Part shown: one piece after another, positions 13,101-23,210 of the stretch
Layout of the letters: each line of letters begins with the position of its first letter
How positions within the stretch are numbered: position 1 is the stretch's first letter
NCBI GenBank assembly: GCA_043732485.1
Contig: JAYTHP010000230.1
Span: forward strand, 1 to 54,584
Source of the DNA: Oligoflexia bacterium
Lineage (GTDB): Bacteria > Bdellovibrionota > UBA1018
DNA: 54,584 nucleotides
Direction of reading: 5' to 3'
Translations under genes and position numbers: made by a program
The notes under the pieces: generated by a model
Told to the model about the DNA's origin: nothing
Database searches by the model: none
The model's input: the letters and a program-made list of their open reading frames with translations, nothing else

Positions 13101-15692
13101 TTAGTGCTTCACCGCTCCGTCGTGGGTCGGCACTTTCACTTCCTCACGCACCAACTCGACTGGCGGTGGTAACGGCAGAGTGTCCGAGCCGCGTGCCACT
13201 AGAAACTCTTCTGGATGCGCCAGCACCAGCGCGATGCGCAACACCTGATCGGCATGATCAACCGGGATGATGGCCATTCCCTCTAAGATCTCAGCTGAGA
13301 CTTTTTTCAAGTCAGGCACATTTTGACTTGGGATCAACACCTGCTTGATATCAGCGATTTTTGCAGCTAGCAGCTTTTCTTTCAAGCCACCAATCGGCAA
13401 CACTCGCCCACGCAAAGTGATCTCACCGGTCATGGCAATCTCACGCTTAACCGGAATTTGTAACAAGGCGCTGGTAATCGCCGTGGCCATCGTGATCCCG
13501 GCTGAAGGACCATCCTTCGGCACCGCCCCTTCTGGCACATGCAAATGAATGTCGATGTGCTGATAAAAATCCTTATCCAACCCCAGCAACAAAGCACGCG
13601 AGCGCACGTAACTCATCGCAGTGGCAGCCGACTCCTGCATCACATCCCCGAGCTTACCAGTGATTTTGATTTGCCCCTTACCCGGCATCACCGTGACCTC
13701 AATTTGCAGTATCTCGCCGCCCACTTCCGTATAGGCTAAGCCGTTGGTCAAGCCGATTTCGTTTTGATTCTCCAGCCGATTAGACAAGTATTTAGCAGGC
13801 CCTAAAAGCTCCTCAAGCTCGTGCGAGGCAATCACCAGCGGTGGCTTTAACGCTAAAGCCTGCTCCCAATTGATCAGCGCCGGGGTGTCACCTTCACTCG
13901 CTCGCACTCCCGCCCGCCGCTTGCGGGTTTTGCTCAACCCGACCGGCTCCTGCCAGGTCGCCGCAGGCTCTCTTAAATGACCTTCCACCAGTTTTTTTGC
14001 CGTCTTGCGCGCCAACGTGGCAATCATCCGCTCCAGGTTTCTGACTCCAGCTTCGCGGGTATAGTTACGAATCAGCTCTTTCATCGTCGCATCGGGAATC
14101 TCAAGGTTACTGGGCTTCAGGCCATGAGCCTCCAGTTGCTTTAAGACGAGGTACTTTTTCGCGATATTGAACTTTTCGACTTCGGTATAGCCTGCAATCG
14201 TGATCACCTCCATGCGGTCCAGCAGCGGACGAGGCAAGCCATGCAAGGAATTGGCGGTTAAGACAAACAAGACTTGCGAGAGATCGTAATCGACCTCTAA
14301 GTAATGATCGCCAAACGCCAGATTTTGCTCAGGATCAAGCACCTCAAGCAAAGCGGAGGAGGGATCGCCGCGAAAATCCATGCTCATCTTATCCACTTCA
14401 TCGAGTAAAAAAACCGGGTTCGAAGAACCGGCCTTCTTCAGTGATTGAATGATCTTGCCTGGTAAAGCCCCAACATAAGTGCGGCGATGACCCCGAATCT
14501 CAGCCTCATCGCGAATCCCGCCTAGCGAACAGCGCACAAACTTTTTATTCAAAGCCTTGGCAATTGATTTGGCAAGCGAGGTCTTGCCAACGCCAGGTGG
14601 GCCTGCAAAACAAAGAATCTGGCCTTTGGAGTGATTAGTCAGCACCCGCACCGCGAGATACTCTAAAATTCGCTCCTTCACTTCCTCTAAACCATAATGG
14701 TCTTCTTCTAAGACCTCCGCTGCCAACTTTAAGTCATTACGATCTTGCGTGTGCTCGCCCCAAGGGAGACAAATCAGCCAATCAATATAGTTTCGCACCA
14801 CCGTGGCCTCAGCAGACATCGGTGACATCATCTTTAACTTCTTTAACTCGCGGGTGACCTTGTCCTTGCACTCCTTGCTCATCACTTTGGCCCGAATCTG
14901 CCGCTCAATGGCTTGCAATTCCGCCTTAAACTCGTCTTTTTCCCCTAGCTCCTTTTGGATCGCTTGCATCTGCTCGTTGAGATAGTATTCTTTTTGCGAG
15001 CGCTCCATTTGCTTCTTCACCCGCGAGCGAATCCGCCGCTCCACTTGCAAAATCTCAATCTCGCCTTGCATCAAGTTCAGCAACTTCTCCAGCCGCTTGG
15101 CTGGATCAGAGACCTCCAAAATGTTTTGCTTGTCTTCTAACTTCAAATTCAAGTGCGCAACGATTAAATCAGCCAAGCGCGAGGGGTCTTCAAGAGTATT
15201 CACGCTCATCAGCATCTCAGGCGGAATGCGTTTGTTGAGTTTGACGTAATTCTCAAAAGTAGCCTTCAGCGAGCGCATCAAAGCCTCAAGCTCCACGGAA
15301 CTCTCCAGCACGTCATTCAGCTCTTCCACCTCAGCGAGGATCATACGATCGGTCTCAAAATAGCGGTGAATCTTCGCCCGCTTTTTGCCTTCAATCAATA
15401 CTTTCACGGTGTTATCGGGTAAACGCAGAATCTGCAAAATCGTCCCCAAGGTACCCACTTGAAAGATGTCCTCTTCTCCAGGACTCACCGTGGTGGCTTG
15501 CTTTTGGGCGACTAAAAAGAGATCTAATTTGCGATTGACGCATTCTTCTAAGGCGTTAATCGATTTTTCCCGACCGACGAAAAGAGGCACCACCATGTGC
15601 GGGAAAATAATCACGTCGCGCAGCGGCAACAAAGGGACGGTCAACTTGCCCGTTTTCCGATTCGCTTCACTTTTGGAATAACTCATTCGCAC
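13101..15692 (-). CDS. lon: ATP-dependent Lon protease
   Basis: PLLPLRD N-domain, GPPGVGKTS Walker [23 protein letters not shown]. Confidence 0.99.
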   Translation of the reverse strand: MRMSYSKSEANRKTGKLTVPLLPLRDVIIFPHMVVPLFVGREKSINALEECVNRKLDLFLVAQKQATTVSPGEEDIFQVGTLGTILQILRLPDNTVKVLIEGKKRAKIHRYFETDRMILAEVEELNDVLESSVELEALMRSLKATFENYVKLNKRIPPEMLMSVNTLEDPSRLADLIVAHLNLKLEDKQNILEVSDPAKRLEKLLNLMQGEIEILQVERRIRSRVKKQMERSQKEYYLNEQMQAIQKELGEKDEFKAELQAIERQIRAKVMSKECKDKVTRELKKLKMMSPMSAEATVVRNYIDWLICLPWGEHTQDRNDLKLAAEVLEEDHYGLEEVKERILEYLAVRVLTNHSKGQILCFAGPPGVGKTSLAKSIAKALNKKFVRCSLGGIRDEAEIRGHRRTYVGALPGKIIQSLKKAGSSNPVFLLDEVDKMSMDFRGDPSSALLEVLDPEQNLAFGDHYLEVDYDLSQVLFVLTANSLHGLPRPLLDRMEVITIAGYTEVEKFNIAKKYLVLKQLEAHGLKPSNLEIPDATMKELIRNYTREAGVRNLERMIATLARKTAKKLVEGHLREPAATWQEPVGLSKTRKRRAGVRASEGDTPALINWEQALALKPPLVIASHELEELLGPAKYLSNRLENQNEIGLTNGLAYTEVGGEILQIEVTVMPGKGQIKITGKLGDVMQESAATAMSYVRSRALLLGLDKDFYQHIDIHLHVPEGAVPKDGPSAGITMATAITSALLQIPVKREIAMTGEITLRGRVLPIGGLKEKLLAAKIADIKQVLIPSQNVPDLKKVSAEILEGMAIIPVDHADQVLRIALVLAHPEEFLVARGSDTLPLPPPVELVREEVKVPTHDGAVKH

Positions 15693-15915
15693 TGTGCTCC
15701 TTTTTGAAATTAAATGCTAAGGCTTGGGCAAGAAATAAAGATGCAAGAGAAGAGCAAAAAACCCGCAAACAAAACCATGATGAGCTAAAACACAAGAGAG
15801 AGAGCAAGAGGAGAGGCAAAAAGCTTAGGCTGAGGTGTCGGCGTTGTTGTTTTAGGTTGTTCGCTCACTCTTCAACATCATCTCTTAGTTCGTCAAAAGC
15901 GGCAACCCCCCTTTG

Positions 15916-17277
15916 CTAAGCACTTTCCGCTTTCTTGGGCTGCAAACTAGGTCCGCTGCTGGCTGCCGGGATATCAATTTTTTGCCCATCAGCATTTTTG
16001 TCGAGTGGTTCCACCGAACCATCCGCCAACAAGAGTAACGGGCGCTCACCTTTGAGCACGGTGTTTTGGGTGACAATGCACTTTTTCACGTGCGCTTTTG
16101 CCGGTAAATCATACATGACCTCGAGCATCGACTGCTCTAAAATAGCCCGCAACCCCCGGGCTCCGGTATTACGCTTAATCGCTTCTTTGGCAATCGCTGT
16201 CAGCGCGTTCTCTTCAAACTCTAACTGGACGTTATCATACTCAAAAAGCTTGGCATATTGCTTGACCAAGGCATTGCGCGGCTGCGTTAAAATCTCCACT
16301 AAGGCCTTCTCGTTGAGCTCCTCTAAGGTGGCAATCACGGGTAAGCGGCCAATAAACTCAGGAATCAGCCCGAATTTGATCAAATCCTCGGGCTCCACTT
16401 GGGCCAACAACTGCGAGATGTTTTCATCGGCGCGCGAATTGATATTGGCATGCAACCCCAGGCTTCTTTTTCCCTTGCGCAAGGCCACCATTTTATCTAA
16501 GCCTACGAAAGCGCCACCGCAAATGAACAAGATATTGGAGGTATCAACTTGCACGAACTCCTGCTGCGGGTGCTTACGCCCCCCTTTGGGAGGAATGTTG
16601 GCCACCGTCCCTTCAATAATCTTCAGTAAGGCCTGTTGCACTCCCTCACCACTGACGTCGCGCGTGATGGAGGGATTTTCACTTTTGCGGCTGATCTTGT
16701 CGACTTCATCAATATAAACGATCCCCCGTTGGGCTCGTTCCACATTGTTGTCACAGCTTTGCAGCAAGTTTAAGATAATGTTTTCAACATCTTCCCCGAC
16801 GTAACCTGCTTCGGTTAAGGTGGTGGCATCGGCCATCGCAAACGGCACGTTGAGGAGTTTAGCCAAGGTCTGAGCCAACAGCGTTTTGCCGGAACCGGTG
16901 GGCCCGATGAGTAAAATGTTGCTCTTTTGCAACTCAAGACCGTCTTTACCGTCGCGACCTTTCTTCTCAGTTTGATTTTGAATGCGCTTATAATGGTTAT
17001 AAACTGCCACCGAAAGCACCCGCTTGGCCCGTTCTTGACCAATCACGTACTGATCCAGGGTGTTTTTAATCTCAAGCGGCTTGGGGATTTGCTGCGAAGC
17101 TCCCTTAGGAGAGTCTTTTTGCCCCTCCTCCACGATAATATCGTTACAAAGCTCGATACATTCGTCGCAGATGTACACCGTTGGGCCTGCAATCAGCTTT
17201 TTCACCTCACGCTGGTTTTTCCCACAAAAGGAACAACAGAGATTACCGAACCCTTCGCCGTATTTTTTTCCATCCAT
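15916..17277 (-). CDS. clpX: ClpX ATPase
   Basis: CSFCGK...ICDEC zinc finger, [38 protein letters not shown]. Confidence 0.99.
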   Translation of the reverse strand: MDGKKYGEGFGNLCCSFCGKNQREVKKLIAGPTVYICDECIELCNDIIVEEGQKDSPKGASQQIPKPLEIKNTLDQYVIGQERAKRVLSVAVYNHYKRIQNQTEKKGRDGKDGLELQKSNILLIGPTGSGKTLLAQTLAKLLNVPFAMADATTLTEAGYVGEDVENIILNLLQSCDNNVERAQRGIVYIDEVDKISRKSENPSITRDVSGEGVQQALLKIIEGTVANIPPKGGRKHPQQEFVQVDTSNILFICGGAFVGLDKMVALRKGKRSLGLHANINSRADENISQLLAQVEPEDLIKFGLIPEFIGRLPVIATLEELNEKALVEILTQPRNALVKQYAKLFEYDNVQLEFEENALTAIAKEAIKRNTGARGLRAILEQSMLEVMYDLPAKAHVKKCIVTQNTVLKGERPLLLLADGSVEPLDKNADGQKIDIPAASSGPSLQPKKAESA

Positions 17278-17427
17278 AGTGTCTATCTTCCTTTTTTCAC
17301 TTCGTTGCTCAGCCCGTCAAAATGACCGAAAAAAACCCAAACACTGCCTCCACTGCCCCACGACACCCTAAAGACGACACGCATGCGCGCGCTCTTTTAA
17401 GCTCCCTGCCGCCTAGTCATTGCAGCC

Positions 17428-18180
17428 TCAAAGCGTGCCGTTTTTCTCGACCACCTTATCAATCAGCCCATAAGTCACCGCATCCGCCGCCGACAAGTAA
17501 TTGTCACGATCGGTATCTTTTTTCACCTGCTCGAGCTCTTTGCCCGAATGTTGCGCGAGAATGTGATTTAAGCGATCTTTTAAGAAGAGAATCTCACGGG
17601 CCTGAATTTCAATATCCGAAGCCTGGCCCTTGGCCCCGCCCAGCGGCTGATGAATCATAATGCGACTGTGCGGTAAACTAAAGCGCTTGCCATGGGCGCC
17701 TGATGCCAAAAGCAACGCCCCCATCGACGCCGCCATCCCAATACAATAGGTTCTCACATCACTCTTAATATACTGCATGACGTCGTAAATCCCTAAGCCG
17801 GCATAGACCGAACCGCCTGGTGAATTGATATAAAGGTGCACGTCTTTATCGGGATCCGAGGACTCTAGAAAGAACAACTGGGCGACTAAGAGGTTTGCCA
17901 CCGTGTCGTTAATTTCCGTTCCTAAAAACAAAATACGATCGAGCAGCAGGCGAGAGTAAATATCATACTGCCTTTCGCCGCGAGGGGTTTGCTCAATCAC
18001 AATCGGGTTGGGGATATAGTTGGCATTAAAGCCCACCACCTCAGGCTGAATCAGATGATCAGGAATTTGACGCCCCTGCCAAGCTCCCGCCCGCCTGTCG
18101 CCCAACGGTGACGAAGACGCCCCAGACCCGCCCCACTGAATCCCGAGTTGCCGCTCACTGCCCATGCTTGTTCTCTCCAT
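17428..18180 (-). CDS. clpP: ClpP protease; true start likely ATG 18180 or 18165 rather than 18294
   Basis: [22 protein letters not shown] (catalytic Ser), IMIHQP, DTDRDNY; the upstream ORF extension crosses a 13-bp-period repeat. Confidence 0.95.
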   Translation of the reverse strand: MERTSMGSERQLGIQWGGSGASSSPLGDRRAGAWQGRQIPDHLIQPEVVGFNANYIPNPIVIEQTPRGERQYDIYSRLLLDRILFLGTEINDTVANLLVAQLFFLESSDPDKDVHLYINSPGGSVYAGLGIYDVMQYIKSDVRTYCIGMAASMGALLLASGAHGKRFSLPHSRIMIHQPLGGAKGQASDIEIQAREILFLKDRLNHILAQHSGKELEQVKKDTDRDNYLSAADAVTYGLIDKVVEKNGTL

Positions 18181-18256
18181 AGTTTTAAGACCTTTCTCGT
18201 CGACCACGGCCTCTCCTGCTGCTGCGCGAGCAGAGAAGGCTGTTTTTTGCATCCAA

Positions 18257-18308
18257 ACTTTTGACTCAGACTTTTGACTCAAACTTTTGACCAAGACTTT
18301 TGATCAAA
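18257..18308. repeat. Four tandem 13-bp repeats upstream of clpP
   Basis: acttttgactcag / acttttgactcaa / acttttgaccaag / acttttgatcaaa. Confidence 0.9.
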
Positions 18309-18527
18309 AATTGCCAAACTGCGCCTTTTTTTTGACCCAACTAGCGCCAAAAAAGGGGCTCGCTCCAGCCCCTGGTTGTTTTCCTACCGCTGCCGCCACC
18401 TCGTGTACTGTTTTTCTTGCAGCACCCGCCGCTTGCCTTGCCTCAAATCAGCCGAGAAACCCAAGCCTCAGGTAATCCGCCTGAGGCCTACTGGACTTTC
18501 GTAGACTTCACCGCCAAGATTCTCCAC

Positions 18528-18794
18528 CTAACGCAGCTTGACGTAGGCTTCTTCTTCGACGATAACACCTTTTTCTATCAAATCTGATTGGGTTGTCTCT
18601 AAGAAAGCAACAAGGACCTCTCTTAATTGAGCTAAGGTGAGTTTCTCTGGCCCTTGACCAACGTCGTCCCCATACTCCTCAAGAACTAGGTCCAATTCCT
18701 GCTTCACCCAAGACGGGTTGAGGCCTGTAAAAGTGATGATTTGCTGCAATAAGGGCTGACCGGTGAGACTAAACTGATTTTCGGAGACTTCCAT
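18528..18794 (-). CDS. Small acidic hypothetical protein (88 aa, MEVSENQF...)
   Basis: GGAGG SD directly before ATG 18794; helical, protein-like sequence (TGL..WVKQEL...LTLAQLREVL); the longer ORF overlaps the thioesterase. Confidence 0.7.
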   Translation of the reverse strand: MEVSENQFSLTGQPLLQQIITFTGLNPSWVKQELDLVLEEYGDDVGQGPEKLTLAQLREVLVAFLETTQSDLIEKGVIVEEEAYVKLR

Positions 18795-18888
18795 TCCCCC
18801 TCCATACTTATAAATATAAAGGTATGTGTAGAAAAACTTCAAGTGAATTTCACTCGAATCTCGCGGGAAAAGCAAGTAGACTCCAAGA

Positions 18889-19470
18889 GTGAGTTCAAAA
18901 CACCCCCCACCCCCTGCCGTTCCTTTGACGCCATCCCCCTTCGTGACGCCTTTACTCACCCCACAAGCCAAAACCCCGGCACAATCTGCCGTCATTATGA
19001 CCCAACTCGTCTTACCCTCCGACACCAACCAGCTTGGGACAATCTTCGGTGGCACTGTGATGTGCTGGATTGATATTGCAGCAGCGATCGCCGCAGGCCG
19101 TCATGCCAGACAAATCGTCGTGACCGCCTCAATCGATGCCCTGCACTTTCTAGCACCCGTGAAACTAGGCTTTGTCGTGCACATTAAGGCCTGCGTCAAT
19201 TTTGCGTCACACACCTCCATGGAAGTGGGCGTGCGGGTCGACTCGGAAAACCCCCTCACCGGAGAAATGACCCACACCTCGACGGCTTACACCACTTTTG
19301 TCGCCTTAAACGAGCACGGAAGACCTACCCCGGTGCCAGCCTTGATCCCCGAGACGGAAACCGATCAAAGACGCTGGAAAGAGGCGCAACAGCGGCGCGA
19401 AGCTCGGATCCGTCTGGCAGGCGACTTGAAAAAAACTCACGGCGCACAAACCCAACCCTCAGGACACTAG
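18889..19470 (+). CDS. Acyl-CoA thioesterase (YciA-like hotdog fold)
   Basis: PSDTNQLGTIFGG, WIDIAA, VVTASID, TSMEVGVRV, TFVAL..GRPTPVP. Confidence 0.92.
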   Translation: MSSKHPPPPAVPLTPSPFVTPLLTPQAKTPAQSAVIMTQLVLPSDTNQLGTIFGGTVMCWIDIAAAIAAGRHARQIVVTASIDALHFLAPVKLGFVVHIKACVNFASHTSMEVGVRVDSENPLTGEMTHTSTAYTTFVALNEHGRPTPVPALIPETETDQRRWKEAQQRREARIRLAGDLKKTHGAQTQPSGH

Positions 19471-19498
19471 CGGCGCTAAGCCCCGCTTCTTGCTCGCT

Positions 19499-20452
19499 TC
19501 AAGACGGCAGGGGAGCAGTACTGAGGGTGGTCGCTGTTGTGGTCAAAGCATGATTTTCTGCAATCCACTCTTGGGCAAACGCTGGCACCGCTTGCGGGTC
19601 GGTGAAAATCCACTCTACTTGCGGTGGCTGACCCTGATGGTTATGAGAAGAAGCAGGCAGCTTTTTTTTACGCACCCTTGCCGCTGCTGGGGCCAGCTCG
19701 TGGGACCCCCCCCCCGGTAAGCCCTGCAATTCGGCTGCCACCGCCTGCGCCGAATTCACCACCTGCCAGCCCGGTAAAGCGGCCTCAAAAACCTCTTGGA
19801 TCCAAGGGTAATGGGTGCACGCCAAAAGCGCGACCCCCGGCGCATACTGCTCCAAATAGGGGGCAACGTATTCTTTGACCACCCGAGCCAACAAAGGGTG
19901 CTTCACCCACCCCTCTTCAATCATCGGCGCCAACAAAGGACAAGCTTGCTCCACCACTATGCGACTCTTCTCATGCTCGAGATCAAACTGCAGGCCCTTC
20001 CTAAAAGCCTTGCCATAGGCGTGGCTCAAGACGGTGGCACGGGTTGCAAGCACTAAAATCGGTCGCGGCCGTGGCCGATCGCTGTCGCTGCTCGCCGCTG
20101 ATGCTGGCGCCTGTTGATCATAAGCGCGCAGCGCCGCCCTGACGCCTGGCTCCACCACCCCGTAGACCGGCGTCGCCCCCATCACCGCCTGGATCTCACC
20201 TAAAGCGAGGCTTGAAGCGGTATTACAAGCCACCACCAGGGCGTCAATTTTCTTACGCTTGAGCTTTTTGGCGCACTGAGTGGACAGGCGCAAGATTTGT
20301 GCGGAGCTTTTCGCCCCGTAGGGCACATGGGCAGTATCACCCAGGTAAACGAATTGCGCCTGCGGATGCACCGCCTGCAACTCCCTTAAAACGGTAATAC
20401 CGCCGACCCCCGAATCAAAGACTCCAATTTTTAACGCCATAAGTTGGCTCAT
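19499..20452 (-). CDS. murI: Glutamate racemase
   Basis: IGVFDSGVGG, GDTAHVPYG, VVACNTAS, LACTHYP. Confidence 0.96.
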   Translation of the reverse strand: MSQLMALKIGVFDSGVGGITVLRELQAVHPQAQFVYLGDTAHVPYGAKSSAQILRLSTQCAKKLKRKKIDALVVACNTASSLALGEIQAVMGATPVYGVVEPGVRAALRAYDQQAPASAASSDSDRPRPRPILVLATRATVLSHAYGKAFRKGLQFDLEHEKSRIVVEQACPLLAPMIEEGWVKHPLLARVVKEYVAPYLEQYAPGVALLACTHYPWIQEVFEAALPGWQVVNSAQAVAAELQGLPGGGSHELAPAAARVRKKKLPASSHNHQGQPPQVEWIFTDPQAVPAFAQEWIAENHALTTTATTLSTAPLPS

Positions 20453-20568
20453 ACGCTAACTCAAACCCTCACAGTTAGCAAATAGAGCTTTCAAGGAACG
20501 ACAAAAGCAAAGTGGCCCAAGCACAGCAAGCCGCACTTCCGGACAATCACTCTAGGTGCACACAACCG

Positions 20569-21633
20569 CTAGCCATGGCCCCCTTGCAAGAACGGCTCAG
20601 CCAAGTAAGCGAGATTGCGGATCCCAACCTCCTCTTGCCTAAAAAACTGTAACGCCTCCACCCAGAAGCTTTCAGGATCGGTGAGCTTAAAGAGTCGCGC
20701 GCGAAACTCGCTTGAGTGCGCAAAACCTGACGAATACCAGGCTAAAAACTTTCGCGCTTGCACCATGGCTTGTTGCGGCGGAAAACGCTCCAATAACAGC
20801 TCTTTTTGTTCCAGAATCCATTGACTGTAAGCCTGCTCGCACAACACCGGGACCTCTTGCCCTTGCCAAAGCGCTTGCGCTTGCTCGAAAATAAAAGGAT
20901 TGCGCAAAGCTCCCCTGCCAATCAACACCCCATCCACCCCAAAGGTCGCCAGCCGCGAGACCGCCTCCTCGGGCGTCAAAATATCACCATTACCTAAAAT
21001 CGGAATCCCGACCTTGGCCTTCACCTCACCAATCAGCTCCCAATCCGCAAGCCCACTATAGCCTTGCGCCCGGGTGCGACCGTGAATCGCCACCCAGCCC
21101 ACCCCGGCCTCCTCCGCAACGCGTGCCACCAAGGGGGCATTCATCGAAGCAGCGTCCCAGCCCGTGCGAATCTTAATCGTCACCGGGATCTTCACCGCTT
21201 GCACCATCGCAGTCAGTAGCTTGCCTAACGCCACCACATCCCTGCACAAAGCTGCTCCCCCGCCGTTTTTTACCACCTTGGGGACCGGACAGCCCAAGTT
21301 GAGATCCACAAAATCAGCGCCCACCGCTTCCACCGCCTGAGCCGCCTGACACAACAGCTCCGTGGACTCACCAAAAATCTGCAAACCCACTGGGCGCTCT
21401 TCTTCATGAAACCGCATCAGCTCGCGCGTGCGCTCACCGCCATGATGCAGCCCACTGGCCGAAATCAGCTCAGAAATCACCGCGGCACTTTGATGCCGGC
21501 GCATTTGCCGCCGAAACGACGAATGGGTAATTCCTGCCATCGGTGCTAAGATAAAAGGATGCTCCAAGCGCAAAGGCCCGAGCTGACCCGTCCAACCACC
21601 CAGCAACGACGACACGTCCTTGACCTGGTTCAC
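20569..21633 (-). CDS. dusB: tRNA-dihydrouridine synthase (DusB-like)
   Basis: LAPMAGIT, DLNLGCP, VTIKIRTGW, IHGRTR, GNGDI, IGRGALRNP. Confidence 0.9.
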   Translation of the reverse strand: MNQVKDVSSLLGGWTGQLGPLRLEHPFILAPMAGITHSSFRRQMRRHQSAAVISELISASGLHHGGERTRELMRFHEEERPVGLQIFGESTELLCQAAQAVEAVGADFVDLNLGCPVPKVVKNGGGAALCRDVVALGKLLTAMVQAVKIPVTIKIRTGWDAASMNAPLVARVAEEAGVGWVAIHGRTRAQGYSGLADWELIGEVKAKVGIPILGNGDILTPEEAVSRLATFGVDGVLIGRGALRNPFIFEQAQALWQGQEVPVLCEQAYSQWILEQKELLLERFPPQQAMVQARKFLAWYSSGFAHSSEFRARLFKLTDPESFWVEALQFFRQEEVGIRNLAYLAEPFLQGGHG

Positions 21634-23210
21634 CCAAAAGCCTTTTCCCGCAAAGCTTCAATCGCTTCCCGCTCTTTAGCAGCCGCACCGGTGAAAACCT
21701 CACACCCGTCCTCGGTCACTAGAATGTCATCTTCAATGCGAATTCCCATCACGGGGTAACCCGCCGCAGCAGTAGCCATCGCCCCCCCTTCACCACCCGC
21801 GCCGTGCCGCTGCTGCACGTAAAAACCTGGCTCAATGGTGAGCACCATGCCAGGCGCAAGCACGCGCGGCTTGCCGTCAAGGCCATAATAGCCCCCCACA
21901 TCGTGCACATCCATTCCCAACCAATGACTGGTCGAGTGCGGATAAAACGGCCGATGCGCTGCTTTTTTCACTCGCTGACTGATCGTTTCTTGCACCGCAC
22001 TAGCCGCCGACCCCGCCTGCTCTGCCTCCAACAATCCGAGACTGCAAAAACCTTCCACCAGCACCGCACACACCGCCTGATGAATGGCCGGCAAGCTGCT
22101 GCCAGGCTTCACGAGCCCGATACCGACTTTTTGCGCTTTCAACACTAGGTCGTACACGGCCGCCTGCTGCCGGGAAAACGTCCGCCCCACCGGAAAGGTG
22201 CGGGTAACATCCGAGGCGTAATACGCCGCCTCGCCTGCTGCATCAATCAGCAACAAATCACCCTCCTGCAAGCGGGCCCGGTTCCAGCTATAGTGCAAGC
22301 ACGCGGCATTTGCCCCGCCTGCCACAATGCTGCCGTAAGCCAGGCGATCACAGCCATTTTTCAAAAACTGATACTCAATGAAAGCTGCCACCTCGGACTC
22401 GGCCATCCCGGGCCTGACAAACTGCATGGTCGCTTGATGAGCTCTCGCCGTAACAACGCTGACTTGTCTCATCCAGGCGATCTCTTCAGGACTTTTAAAA
22501 ATCCGCAGCTCGCCCACCAGCCCGCCTGGATCGGCAAGCTGCGGTAACCCTTGCGCCTGATGACGCATTCGCTGCGAGCGCCCTGCCTCAAGCCAGGCAA
22601 GCACGCGCTGGTCCATCAGACTCGGCACCGCGAGACCAAAACCACCTGACGACGACCTCGCCCCGTCTGCGCAACCCCAGCGATAATACCACGTCTCAGC
22701 GCCTCCCAGCAACGACGGTAACTTCTTGTCCATCTCGCTCGGCTCATAGGCTTCATCAGCGCCAAAAACCTCAACCGCACGCTCCGTTCCGCAACGCTCA
22801 CCCTCCCACAGCTCTTTTTCGCAGTCCCGCGGGCGCACAAAAAGAATCATGCGGTGATTCTTGCCAGGCACAGGACTGCCTGCAAGCAACACCAAAAAGG
22901 AGCCGGGCTCTTCAAAACCCGTAAAATAGTAAAAATTACTCTCCTGGCGATAGGAATGATGAACATCTGGATTGCGCAGGCTTTCAAGGGCCGCAGGAAA
23001 CAAAAAGCAAGCTTGTGCGCCTTGCAACGTACTCCCTGCTCCCGCTGCCTCTAACGCTTGAAATAACGCCTGCCGCCTTTTGACAAAAACTGCCAGGCTT
23101 GCGCATTGAAAGCGGTCGCTCTGCGCAAGACTCTCTTGCGCCCGCTTGCCGCTGCTTGCTACAACAGGGTCGGTCGTGGTTACAGCTACTGCCGGTTCTT
23201 GCTGCATCAT
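21630..23210 (-). CDS. pepP: Xaa-Pro aminopeptidase
   Basis: YRQESNFYYFTGFEEP, LHY, IDAAGE..YASDVTRT, HWLGMDVHD, TIEPG, GIRIEDD. Confidence 0.95.
   Translation of the reverse strand: MMQQEPAVAVTTTDPVVASSGKRAQESLAQSDRFQCASLAVFVKRRQALFQALEAAGAGSTLQGAQACFLFPAALESLRNPDVHHSYRQESNFYYFTGFEEPGSFLVLLAGSPVPGKNHRMILFVRPRDCEKELWEGERCGTERAVEVFGADEAYEPSEMDKKLPSLLGGAETWYYRWGCADGARSSSGGFGLAVPSLMDQRVLAWLEAGRSQRMRHQAQGLPQLADPGGLVGELRIFKSPEEIAWMRQVSVVTARAHQATMQFVRPGMAESEVAAFIEYQFLKNGCDRLAYGSIVAGGANAACLHYSWNRARLQEGDLLLIDAAGEAAYYASDVTRTFPVGRTFSRQQAAVYDLVLKAQKVGIGLVKPGSSLPAIHQAVCAVLVEGFCSLGLLEAEQAGSAASAVQETISQRVKKAAHRPFYPHSTSHWLGMDVHDVGGYYGLDGKPRVLAPGMVLTIEPGFYVQQRHGAGGEGGAMATAAAGYPVMGIRIEDDILVTEDGCEVFTGAAAKEREAIEALREKAFG

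Noticed and set aside
15935-16717. 260-aa plus-strand ORF
   Set aside because: Antisense shadow of clpX
18181-18294. Extended ClpP N-terminus from the ORF track
   Set aside because: Crosses a 13-bp-period repeat, and SD-like sites sit at the downstream ATGs
18257-18308. Repeat considered as a mini-CRISPR
   Set aside because: No spacers, 13-bp unit, no cas genes
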